DNA of 57,371 bases, the filler included, from Platydemus manokwari (Eukaryota): the NCBI GenBank assembly GCA_037951405.1. It is 5 parts of 5 records of this genome, joined end to end, with 100 filler letters (N's around TTAATTAATTAA, not from the genome) between each part and the next. Parts side by side here need not be neighbours in the genome. Positions count along the whole stretch, not along the records: positions 23,712 to 39,061 come from JBBMOY011300317.1; 4 more parts are not named here. One strand, 5' to 3'. Within the stretch, counting starts at the first letter, position 1; the number at the start of each line of letters is the position of its first letter. Under the pieces are notes generated by a model. The model made no database searches. It saw only the letters and a list, made by a program, of their open reading frames with translations, and was not told where the DNA came from. Shown here in pieces: positions 26,332 to 39,161 of the stretch. A program made the translations under genes and the position numbers.

Positions 26332-29300
26332 TTATGGTCGATCTCCCACTCCTCCAACTTGATCATAAACTAATCGAGCTACTTCAATAGCAATATTATC
26401 AGCTATATCTTTTATTTCAGATTCGGCATAGACCCGGACAACATCTTCAGTGCCGGATGGTCTTACAAAAACCCTTGATATGTATCCTTTCGTTAATTGA
26501 GATAATGTTTCATTAATACTTGTCTGTAAGCTCATTGGTTTAACAACAGTCCTTTCGCAATTTTCCGTGGCAATAAGCCGTCGATCCAGAATTTTAACTT
26601 TCAATAAGCACGAAGGAAGGTCTTGATATATATCAAACCATGAATCGAGAGAAATATTTCCATGGTTCAAGATATGTTCAATTAATAATAGTATAGAAAA
26701 AGAATCACCAACAGCTTCGTTAATTATTCCATTAAGTAAAATGAATCTCAACGGATGATCGAGACCTAGGTTATGTTCCAAAAATTGTCTTGCTTTTTCT
26801 GATAATAATATCGATCCGTGCCCGTTACTCTGAAAACTAATACACAATAGAATCAAAATAATGGTTATTACTTCAAAGTAAATTCGAATATCCAATTCTT
26901 TTCCTGTGTGGTGTAAATATTTGACACCGGTTGGTACACAGACAACTTGAACACCAATATTTTCAGTTAACGTTTTCGTACAGTTTAAATTTGCGTAGGC
27001 TGTTTGAACAACTCCTAATTTGATACCACTGAGCTTCCAATTCTCAATACTTTCTAGTTGATCTTTCAAATATTTAGATATTAATACTGATTGTTTGTCA
27101 CCATCAAGCAAATAAAGACTCTTAAATTAAAAAAAATAGTAAAACAATGTTTCAAATATTTTTAAAATAATTGAGAAATTTATAAAAACTTTGAATGAAT
27201 CAAAATCACTGTTAATTTAATATTTTTTCAAAATCTATTTATTTTTTAAGAAAGTAAATAATCGATATATTAAAAAATGAGTATTCTAAAACCTAAACAA
27301 TCAGTACTTAATCGTTGAATCGAATATAGGACATTACTTCGAGACATAATTAAAACTTATTAATTAAATTCTTATTTTAGTCTTGGACATCTTATAACTG
27401 TAATCGATCATGTAAACATATTTACAAAATAAGAAAGGACTCATCATTGGAAAATATTTAATTTAGATGATTAAAATAAATTTTAAGTAATACTTCACGT
27501 AAAAATAGATTCCTCGAAATTATGCTTTGAGATTATATTAATCAGATTGTAAGGGTGTTTAAATAAAAGATCATAGCAGTAGTTATTTAAGAATTATAGA
27601 AATCATATTATATGTACTAATAAAAGTGATTAAAGAATCTTTCGAATGTGTGTTGGATCGCATCAATTTCATTATAATAGCAGCACTACTGGTGAGCTAT
27701 TTATCATTTACAAATTTCAAAGAAAGCAAAAGAATTTTAGAAAAACGAAAGTGTATTTCAAATTGAGTCTTCGATTCAAAAATTGTGCTTTAAACTAATT
27801 AAAGAAAATCTTAGATCCAACGGAAGACTGGGTAATATGATGTGAATATCACAGCTGACATTTATTACCGGAAAGAGAATTTGAACAACAGTTATTCCAG
27901 TTAAACTCTTTAATCTGTTGTCAAAATAATTATCAAATATTTAACTAAAAGTTCATGGAATTATAACAATGATAACATTTTATCAGAAAATATTGATACA
28001 TTCGATAAATTTGATCAAAATTATTTTGAACCACTATATAAAACAATAGCGCAATGGCATTGCTTGATATTTAATTACAAGAGTTACTGCAATTACTGGT
28101 CCAAAAACCCAAGGAATAATGCTATTAATAATTAAAATATAATTTATTTTAATTTTGAAAATAAAATCATTTTAATAAAATTGATTATATATTTTAAATT
28201 TTAATTAAATATTCGACAATGAATAAATAATTAAAAACTTCCAAAAATAATGAGTATATGCCAGATTTTACCAAAGCAAGCGATTCTAATCGAGGAATGA
28301 ATAGTGGTGTCAGATAGTTAGAGCTCAATAGAATGCATTACAGTCCATAATGACTGGAAGATGTGCGTTAGGTTTGAGAAATGAAGGAGGAAATCATCAA
28401 ATTGTAAGTAGTATAGAAAGAAAAATATTAGAAATCTGATGAAATTTTTCTATTGGAATGAAGAGATGATATCAGTTGTAAGATAATAGAGCAATTACCA
28501 ATTTTATGGACCAAACACACACTATAGCATTATTAGAGCTTTCTCATGCAAAAAGCTTTATCATAATTATTTCGTTAAGGATTATCGAAAGTCACTGCAT
28601 TTAGAATAAATCTTGATTTACTCGTATTTGAATACTTTTTATTAGGATTTAATAAATCGATTGGAACAATTATTAAAATTGTAAACCCTATACATAAAAG
28701 TCGATATCACAAACAATGCTTCGTGCGAATAATTGTGAATATTTATGCTATTACATATGAGCAGTGTTTTATTTCAATTCAAATTTTGTTTAGAATTTGT
28801 TATGTTGATGTATTCTCAATTTTGAACCAGATATTAATTATTTAATGCAACACCAATAATTCAGTGTATCAACTATTCGTCTGCGAAATGCATACACAAG
28901 GTATCCTGGTGCTCTAGAACTTGGAAAACAATTGATTCAAGACTTTGAATAATAAAAACTAGCAAAAACAATTAAAGATGATAATTTGTGTGCTTAAGAT
29001 CATTTCAGACGAGATATTTTGACAGAAATTTTTAAATTCAAAAAATATCTTGGGCTAAAGCAAAAATGGAATAAATAAATGAAATAATAATTAAGAGAAA
29101 TTCAGTGCTGATATTAGAAACAAATTTACATGCTAACAGTCGCAATTATCTGATCAACATTTCAATGAAATTTAGCCACCAATTTGCTGCTAGCAAATTC
29201 CAGTATGGGAATTTTTCGTACAATTCATATGTCCAATTTACCATGTTTCAAATATAATGATGAAAATGAAAATTATTAATTCTACTTTTATATGGAGCAT

Positions 29301-32300
29301 GGGCAGGATTAGAATAATCGATAATCTATCAGTTATGACATATCAGTTATCAGAAAATTAAATATAAATATTTATATATAATTGATTATCGAGTAACTTA
29401 TCAATGAATTAATGACAGAAATAAAAAGTGAAAAATATCGATATTATCATATTTGACGACCACAAGACACTTATTTTCAAATGGCAGTAAAAAAAACGAA
29501 AACTAGAAAGAAATCCATAATAAAAATACCAGGAATTAGATGGAGAGGGATTATTTTTGAAAAAATAAACGTTTTGATATTACAAATCCATTATTTCAAG
29601 AAAATTTTCCGCACATAAATATATTAACATGTAAAAATATACATATAAATCCAGCTTACGTTATTTTTCTTATAAAAATAAATAAGTCGATCAGCATCTC
29701 CGTCAATACTGGCCCATCTGTCGTTTTCACGAATTTCTAATATTTCACCATTGTGAATGATCGGGAATTGAAGTTTGGCCTATAATTTACAAGTTAAATT
29801 ATAGAGAAGAATCAACGAATCGATTTCTATGATACATTATTACAAAATTCATACAATAATATTAAAGATATTCATATCATTAATTATATAATAATGAAAG
29901 TGTAGAATATATAAGTTAAAATTCATTGAAAATATTTCATTACGAAAGAATTCGTTCGAGTTATTAAATATTAAACCAATTCTTTCGAAGTCTTTTATTT
30001 TGAAAATTATTAATAATATTATAATTTTTGTTCAAACATGTGTATTTTTTTATTTCCTACCAATAATACACACACAAAATATTTCAAAGATTAATAAAAT
30101 CGTCACGTGCAGAACTTCAAGAATTTCAAATCAATCAATCTCATAATGAAATATCAAGCGTCATAAATTTTCAACACATTCTTCAGTGATATAAGCGATT
30201 TACTTGGCTGGGTTTCAACTTTAATTCAATTGATTTTCATAGTGATTTTTCATGTACTTTATAATCCGAGATGAATCATGTTTCAACAAACTTAATTTTT
30301 CAGACATCATATTACTCATTCAGTTATTTCATCCAATGATTGAAAATACAGACTCAATATAATTAATTAAATTCATAATTTGAAGTAACTACATGAAGAC
30401 ATCAACAAATTTTGTAAAATATAATCCATATATTCAAAATTGTCTTTAAAAATCAAAATAATATTTATATCCTCTGAATATTTGACATCTTATACACGAA
30501 TAAACAACACGACATTTATTCGAGGATAAACATAACATGTTTATTTAACATGTTTATTCCCATTAGATCAATTTGATAAAATTTTTCGAAAATACGAATT
30601 ACGCGCAAGTAGTAAGGGTCGAAGTAGTGGTGATTTTGTAAATATTTGACTCTTATAAAGTGTGGGTTTTTGTAGACACTTTAAAAGTCACAAAATAAAG
30701 GTCAGTATTACTGTTACGTTATTCATAAAATATAATATCACACAATCTCATTTGAGATTTTTCAGAGTACCACGTTTAAAGAGCCGACTAATAAATACAA
30801 ATATAAATTTATGAGAATTTGTCTAATAAAAGCAATATTTGTTCTTAGATTACATTTTAAAGATTTTTTTTCACATTACTTTCCTTCAACAGAGTATCAA
30901 AATATTTTATATTTGATTTTCACATCAAACATTGTATTTTTTAAAATTAAATATAACCTTTTCAATGGCCATATATGCTGGTCTATTGATTATTTCTTAA
31001 CAATTTATTCATTGTAAAACGCCACTTTTTTTTATAAAGCTCGCATTGAAAACTAACTGAAAAGCCACGACACCAAATTATCTATTTATGAATAATTATT
31101 TAAACAAATTAATATCGTTAAATTTTAATTTGTAAAACTTGAAATTTAAATTTTTATATCCTCACATTCCCTTTCTTTAAAAATGCTTGATCTTCTATGC
31201 ATTCCTAATTACTTCTGTATTGAATTCTCCCAATATTTACCAAAATGAAAATTTCTATTTCTTCTCTCTTTTTTGAATATTCTTCGAATCTCCTTTATTA
31301 TCAATAGATGTTCTCTATATATTCTCCTATTATTTTCGATATTTTCCTCCTCTACTATTCTTCCATGCCAAACACCTCAGAATCGAATCCAAACGCTTGG
31401 TCACAATGTAAAACGCTACTGTTTTATAAAATTTGCATTAAAAACTAACTGAAAATGCAAGGCACCAAATTAAAGATATTTAAAGCTGATTATTTAATCA
31501 AATTAATGTTTCAATATTAATTTATAAAACTTTTTAAAATTTAATATTGTATATCCTTACATTCCCAAAATGATTTATATTCTAAAACATTGCTCTATAA
31601 ACAGTAATTCTCGTATCTAACATCACCGCGTTTCTCATGAAATTCCATTAAATATCGCTATATTTAAAATAAATAAATCTTTAATCAAAATCCATAAATT
31701 TTCATCGATTTCATTACATTATATATAGAATTGTGAATGTTAGCAGTAGCTGCTTCATTTCAAATTGAATATAATTGGAAGAATTCATTATTACGATTGT
31801 CGCAAATTATTTATTAATACAAACAAATCAAATATTTTTAAAATAAATTAAATCTTTACCAGAGAGCTTTTATTGCTAATCTTAATGGGGCATATAAATA
31901 TATTTAAAATTATTTAATATTACATTTTTTAATAATTTAATAAAATTAAAAAATATCTTTTTAATTTTTAAATTTCTTTGTTTACATTTTTAATTAAATT
32001 ATTATTGAATTTGTTCCTTTAAACTTTCCTCACAATGACTACGTCAAATTCTAATCAATCAAAGTCATTAATATTAATTCTCAAAATCTATCCAACAATA
32101 TATAAACATAAAAACTGACAAATTATAATGACAACAATAAATCAAATTATGATAAAACTCAGTCAGCACAACAAAGTAACACAATTTTGACAGGTCATGA
32201 GTTAATTCACAGTTGTACTTGTGCGCACTATATTAATTTTAACTACCAAAAATACCAGTACCAGAATATTGTACTTTTAAATTGATTTACGAAATAATGA

Positions 32301-34736
32301 TTGGTGACATGTGATAAGCGCCGGCCAACAATTTGTTAATAATTGGTAATAATATTGTAAAAATTAAAATAATCGATAATAATAAAAATAAATTAAACTC
32401 AACCTTGATGTGATCAGCACCACATTGTAGATTTATAATTTTTCCTGAAACATCTGAGTTACAAATACTGATATAATTTAAATGGGGTTTCAGATATTTC
32501 CTGATTGCTAACAAATGATTCGATCCAACACCATTGGCACAATCCACAAAAAGAGGCGAATTGATAATTGGAGATTCGACAGAAATCAAATGTCTGAAAC
32601 TGTCGCAAATTTGATGAAAATATGACGACAAATCTGACAATGGACTCGAAGATGTTTGCAAACAATTCTGATATTGAGAGATTATTATGTTATAATGGCT
32701 ACGAGAAATTATCTAATACTTGTTTATAAACAAGGAAATGAAGCTGCGGGGTAGTGGTTTTGCCGAAATATGTGCATTTACCGGATAAAATCCCTATGCC
32801 TTGAGCTACTATCTGAGAAATAGAGCTGGAACTCATTCTGTTATCTTCTCCCAGAAAAACAGAACCTAATAAAGAAATAAATGAAGGGGCTATCATCATA
32901 CATGGCGAAACCAAAGGAATGTGAAAAGAATATAATCATGGTTTTTCTGATTTAACTATTTGAGATCAATTTTATCATTTTTTCTAACAAATGAAAAAGA
33001 GCACAAATTCAAAATTATATCACAATACTAAAATTTCTGAAAATTTTTTAGATGTTCATCATTTTCCACACCATATGTAAATATTATTTTTATATTTCAA
33101 TAAACACTCCAGAATACGATTTTTCATTTATCAATTTCATTTACAGCAATTTTTCAATTTCTCTTGGTATTATTACTTCAAAACCGAATAATTATTTCGT
33201 GACAAGAACACTTCACAATGCGAGTGCGATTGTGATAAATAAAAGTAGGATACCAATTGATTTCTAAAATTATCACTGAAAACCAATATATAATAATTTA
33301 GAAAAGGAAGATTCATATTTTTTCAGAGCAAAGACGAAAATTGATTTCATTTATTAGAAACCAGTATTTCATCCAAAATTTAGCTTCGAATAAGTTTTAT
33401 TTTATTGGCTTCTTTCATCATTTTTATTCAGATTAACAACAAGAAGACCAAATTAACTTTAATTTGAATTTCTTTTCGAAATTTCCATGCAAGATGATAA
33501 TAACATATGATTTCGGTTTATACTTTTCAGATAATTTCCATTGATTGAGACCCATCACATTAGAAGTTTTGTAAATAGATGATTCTGTTTATTTTGTGGT
33601 TTTCCTTAGCAGAATAAAGGAAAATCTATATTTTAAACTTCAGTTTTATAAAGTAAACTGAGAGAAATTGAAATTCTTACGAAGTAATCCATGGTTTGAA
33701 AAAGATAAAATTCAATTGAAAAACTCTCCAATCAAAGTTTACCAATGATTTTATGGTTTCATCTACTCAATCGCCTTCATAGAACTGAAGTGCACGAATT
33801 AATTATTTCGACTGATATCACCTCACATGTTAAACCCAAATAAATAGCGATTTAAAACAACCGTTTATCAATAAAACTATAATAAAAATGATCTAAAAAT
33901 GAGTTAAAAACTAAACACAATCAAATCAGCTATAACAATGGATTTTGTCACTACTCTAGCAAGAACTGTATATTTATCTTTAGCTGTCTTTGGTTGATTC
34001 TGAAGAGATGTTTCTAAAATCCTAAGAAAACTTGTCTCAAAGGTAAAAGGTAGCGCAATCACAGCGATAATTCGAATAATACATTCAATATCTTAATTCT
34101 AGAGCACAGAAATTTGATAATAACTTGAGATCTGGATCAAGAAATTAGATTATCCTTGAATAAGAGTCCGCATTGAAAGATATCACCGTTACGGATAAGT
34201 TTGCAGATATAGTTTACCAAACTTTTACATTTCAAAAATAGAAAATTTCCTATCTAAGGATTGGGTTACATGAATTTAACTTAATTCCCATATATACAAA
34301 ATTAATAAATTCAATTACCTTGAACAGATCGATCAATATGTCGATCTATACATATTGAATTAATAAATTCTGGCACTTCGTCGATTGGAGTTGCTATTAA
34401 TTTGACAGCCACCTGTTCCCAAGATTCATCCAGCATTTCCCCACCTTTATCAATCACTTTTAAACCATTATCCGCTGCTTTATTATGAGAAGCTGTCACC
34501 ATAACACCTATAGCTGCACCTCCCTTATTGAATATCATTAATCTTTATTGGAGATGAAAATCCTATACTTCTTGCATCGATCTTAACACAGTCATTATTC
34601 CTATGCGATATGCGATTCCAAACAATCTAACGGCTGATGTACGAAATCCGGCTGTCCCGTAAACAAAGTTTTTGTCGCCTTCATTTATGGTGTATTTATT
34701 CAATTGTGCCAACAAGTCGTCTTTATTAAACAACAT
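26332..34736 (-). CDS. PGM3: Phosphoacetylglucosamine mutase, divergent paralog A (7 exons: 34736-34569, 34523-34319, 32865-32720, 32667-32404, 29779-29660, 27120-26872, 26829-26332; 549 aa)
   Basis: All junctions are GT-AG and in phase (1650 nt in total). Motifs present: YGTAGFR, catalytic TASHN, TTPQLH, DCANGVG, CGADH, metal loop DGDADR (exon 29660-29779, absent from the ORF track), QTAYAN, TGVKYLH, YFESNGHG and [16 protein letters not shown]. Confidence 0.93.
31013..31561 (-). mobile_element. Miniature LTR retroelement (TRIM-like), copy 3, in a PGM3-A intron
   Basis: Direct repeats at 31013-31166 and 31407-31561, both TG...CA. On the minus strand the PPT AAAGAAAGGGAA precedes the 3' LTR, and TGACCAAGCGTTTGGATTCGATTCTGAG follows the 5' LTR. 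Confidence 0.8.
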
Positions 34737-34738
34737 TC

Positions 34739-34927
34739 CTAAATAATTAAAAATCGATATAATCAATCAACGATAAGCTTATGATGCTCATTAATTTTCA
34801 AACAAGATAAAAACAAGAAAAATAAAAGATTAACAAGACAAAGAAAAATCAAATAAAATATATTTTTGAAAAATATTTCTCCCCATCGATTTATCCAAAA
34901 CCAAGGATTTCTAAAATTTTTATAAAA
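34739..34927 (-). promoter_or_regulatory. Short U-rich intergenic spacer ending in a 3' splice acceptor 2 nt before the PGM3-A ATG (candidate trans-splice site)
   Basis: Minus strand shows a U-rich tract (tttgatttttctttgtcttgttaatcttttatttttcttgtttttatcttgttt) followed by ttttaattatttAG|GA ATG. Confidence 0.45.
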
Positions 34928-37801
34928 TTAATTCAAAATCTTTTGAACTGCCAAGGCAATTGTATGAGCAAGCTGATCCGCTGCCAACTGATTGGATGAC
35001 TCGGCATAAATTCGAACAATGTTCTCCGTACCGGACGGTCGAACAAATGCTCGTGAATGACTTATACCGGAACATAGTTGATCATTGACTGCATCATCGA
35101 TTGCAATCTGGATCAAATTAAAAATAATAAATTCAAACGCAAAACGTTTATATATATGTAAAGAAAAATACATAAAAAACAAAAAAGTAGCGAAAGTTTT
35201 GTCCGATAGAAAATAATATTGATTTAACCAATAAAGAAAATATATAAATTGAGAAATATAAACAAAACATCATTCGTCTGTAAATGTGAAATGTTGAAAA
35301 TAGTCACCTTTAAGGCCCACACACTTTTGCCTGCGTTCTGGAAATTGTTTTATGCCGTTTTCATAGAATTCCGCAATTCCAAATTATCGTTAACCTCTTC
35401 AACAGAGTTATACGTTTTCCTACGAATTGAGTTTTTCATAGGCGAAAACAAGTAATAGTCTGAAGGCGCAAGGTCTGCGGAGTATGGTGGATGCGGTATT
35501 ACAGTAAAATCGATCTCAGCAAGCTTATTTTGAGTTAACCGTGCCGTATGCGATCGAGCGTTATAGTGAAAAAAATGGAACTTTTAAAACTGTTTCCACA
35601 CAACCGGGTCCTCTTTTCTCGAATAGCATCTACGAGTTTGTCCACCTGAGTGCAGTAAATTTCTGAGTTTATGTTCTCACAAACACAGTAACGCTACCAA
35701 GCACGGAGTTTATATTCTTCTCAATGGCTGGCACATTCATTCCATCTTTCAACACAAAATGCGTCAGCTTTTTCAAGTCGTTTCGCTTAAACTCCATAAT
35801 ATACCACCAAATAATATTTTTTTCAATGAAAGCTATATGAAACAATTATTTAATTATAAGATAGAAATTAAGCATTTAAAAAAGGATTTAATAATGCATT
35901 TAAACTAAACATTTCTTCATAAAATATTGAGATTTTTAGATTTACAGACGAATGATGTTTTGTTTATATCTCTCAATTTACATATTGTCTTTATTGGTTA
36001 AATAAATATATTGTTTTCTATCGGACAAGACTTTCGTTCCAATCCTATAATTTCTTTTAAAGGATCATTTATGATTTGACGAATACACTCGATATTATTA
36101 TTAAGGGAAAAATTTCATATTTCATGAATACCAGAAATGACCACAATTGTTCCATATGGAAATACCATTGTCCGATTTATTTTCATTTGAATATTGATAA
36201 TAATATTTATTTTTATATCAAATCAATATGAGATAAAACATTCATAATCCACATAAACACATTAAACTTATTTCAAATTAATCGATAATTTTTTTTCGAT
36301 ACTTATTGGTTAGTCTCTTATAGAAACCTTTATTTGATTCTACAACATATAATTATCCATTATTAAACATACTTTTTATTATTCTAATTCGAATAAATAA
36401 TATAAATATTTGTGTACAATTGTAGGCAAAAATTTTTCCTAAAAAATCGATAATTTTCCAAAATTGTATGAATTATTTAAAAACCCAGTTTCTTTCATAG
36501 GTTTAGATATTTATAACAATAGAAATGACCACAAAACAATTTACAATTCCCTTATGTGACTTGATTGAAATGAAAATTTCTTTGATATTTTATCGATCAA
36601 TTGAAGTAGACATTTAGCGGGCAAATATATATTTTGGTTTTGTATGGTTCTGATATGATGCTGTATTTATGAAAATTGTAAATTATAAACGCTTTAGCTT
36701 AATTTCTATCTAATTTATTTAATGATCTACTGATTCATCTCTAAACATGCGATATTATTCCGTGCAATATAAATAATTAGAATATCTCATAATTCAGTGT
36801 AGAAGTAGGTAGCTCTCGTGAAGATATTGAAGTCGCTATTGTTATTATTTTTTCAATCCAAAATTAACAAGTTTGAGCACCAATGTAACGATTTCTTAAG
36901 GTGTGCTAATTGAAGTGTTAACAAAAGCTAATTCTAAAGGAATTTTAAATGATGCTCGATGACTGAACTACTAAATTAGCTTAAACTCAGAAATAGTCAC
37001 AGAGGGGGTTTTTAAATTCATTTTATGATAGAAAAAATTAATTGATTTATAAGGACAATTTTTAGTGTTTGTGGGGTTGTCTGCCGGTGGGCTCCTACAA
37101 AAACACAGGAAAATATATAAAAATTTAATAAATTTATGCTCAAATTTTCTATGCTTATCTCATCATCTCGTGGTGCGTTCCTAACATACGAATTTCTAAT
37201 ATCGTTAGCTACCTTAGATTTAGCCTTATCCGCCTCTAAATATAACCAGTTTATTCTGAATTTTAAATAAATATTTTGGATTTTTTTCTCGATTTACAAT
37301 CAAAGTTGATCTAATGGTAATAACTCAGAAGGGAAAAAATTGTCATCAATTACCGAACCCACATGAATGTTTTGAAATATAGAACATTTATATTGATCTT
37401 TAGGTTCTTTAATTAACAATTGACAATTCTTGAAGAAAAATCTGAATCAGAATTTCAAAAATACAATTCTACAAAATGTTCCAGGAAATCAATAAGTAGC
37501 ATACTTGAAGACTAATTGGAGTTTCTATTTTTCTCTCAGCATCAGTTGTAATTATAACATTTCTGTCTACCACTGCTACCTTCAATTGACGATTTGGGTA
37601 GTCAGTGTAAAGCTGAGACCATTTTTCCAGAGTCCAGTTGCGTACAAAGAGTATGTGCTCAATAATCAATATATCTGAAATTGCATCACCATCGGCTTCA
37701 TTAATAATGTCAAAAAGTCGATTCAATTCACGATTTTGATTAGTTGTGGAAGCATATTTTCTCAATTTTTCCGAAAACAAAACTGTACCGTGACCATTTG
37801 C
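34928..37801 (-). CDS. PGM3: Phosphoacetylglucosamine mutase, canonical paralog B, 3' partial (exons 37801-37505 and 35107-34928)
   Basis: tatag|ANGHGTVLFS...GDAISDIL...YTDYPNRQLKV.V.DR...AER...SLQ|gtatgc, then ccag|IAID...[18 protein letters not shown]...KILN*. Both exons are phase 0. Upstream exons were not found. Confidence 0.9.
35191..36047 (-). mobile_element. Second copy of the long-TIR deleted mariner, in the last intron of PGM3-B
   Basis: Reverse-complement copy of 5338-6198 with the same TIR (CGTTCCAATCCTA|TA), HPPYSADLAPSDYYLF and the same deletion junction. The other end lacks about 10 terminal bases. Confidence 0.9.
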
Positions 37802-38611
37802 CTATATTATATAATTAGATTATCAGATTTGATTAGAGATTATTATAATCAGAAGTGAGTTTATGAAATAATTTAATGATAACTAATTAGATTAAATCTT
37901 ATATATTCATTACATTCAAACCAATTAAATAAATGTTTATTTTATAAAATCTAGCTATTAACTATATTGTATCATTTGAGCTGCCATCTTATAAAGAACC
38001 AAATTTTTAATATAATTCTGTCGTTTAATTCATTTTTCTTTATCGTGAGCTATGTCAAATATTCTACATATAAATGAGAATAATAATCTGTAGAAAATAA
38101 TGGCCAATAGTAGACAATCTCAACAATGGAATGAGAATCGACATGTAAACAATGATATACATATATTTCTCAACAAACAGATCACCATAATGTTTATTTA
38201 TCAATATGGACATCTCCATTGTTCTACCAATACCTATTTTTACGTTGAGCTCTAATAAAAACATTGGGATAATGTCATACTTAATAAAATATATGATGAA
38301 CAAATAAAAATGTCAAAACCAGGAACTGTGTTTTATTGATTAATGTGATATTATTGTCGAGTAAAGAATTAGAAGGAAAAACTTTTGAAAATATTATTTA
38401 CGTTCCTGAAACACCAGATGATAGGAAATTCTCTTACAAAGTTTAATTATGTTTAGAAAGTTTTAGAAAGAACACGAAATAAAAATAAGTTCGACTTTTT
38501 CAAATCAATTCATATTGATGTACACGAAACATGATGATAGGAAACGAAAATAATTACAATTTATTTTTACGATTAAGCACTGTTAAAAAAATTAAACTCA
38601 AACATGTAACT

Positions 38612-39061
38612 CATGGATTTCCAAAGAGGGCGCTGCAAGGATTCAGAGGGTCGGTGGTGAATACAAGATCATTTTGGGGCGATAATACTATAAGAATGTA
38701 AGAAAATGATTATTAAAAATTTTTATGTATCTCGTTGGCTCAAAACACTTAATTTGTTTTTAAACAAAGTACTGTACGTTCTCACTAATTTTTATTTGAG
38801 TATCTGTAATCGCGCACTCAATGCTACTGTCTGTGCGCTTTGTGTCTTGCAACGCCAAAGTCTGGTAGTAGAGCTGTAGTTTTTCTGGGATTACCCGTAA
38901 TGATTAACTGAAATAAAACTAAAAGAAAGGTTAGTTTGTTGTGATATTACGAGAAGTTAAAATTAAGTTTCAAAAGATAGTAGCATTAAGATTTTTTTAT
39001 AAATTTCTACTAAAAGTTTAAAAAAATTGGTGTGGGTTAGTTTGGGGGCGCTAAGTAATAT
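38612..39061. mobile_element. Possible hAT/Charlie-like non-autonomous element cut by the gap
   Basis: Begins CATGGATTTCCAAAGAGGGCG with repeated subterminal GGGGCG motifs; no second TIR or TSD is visible. Confidence 0.35.
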
Positions 39062-39161
39062 NNNNNNNNNNNNNNNNNNNNNNNNNNNNNNNNNNNNNNN
39101 NNNNNTTAATTAATTAANNNNNNNNNNNNNNNNNNNNNNNNNNNNNNNNNNNNNNNNNNNN
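39062..39161. other. Artificial scaffold gap linker
   Basis: 44 N + TTAATTAATTAA + 44 N. Confidence 0.97.
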
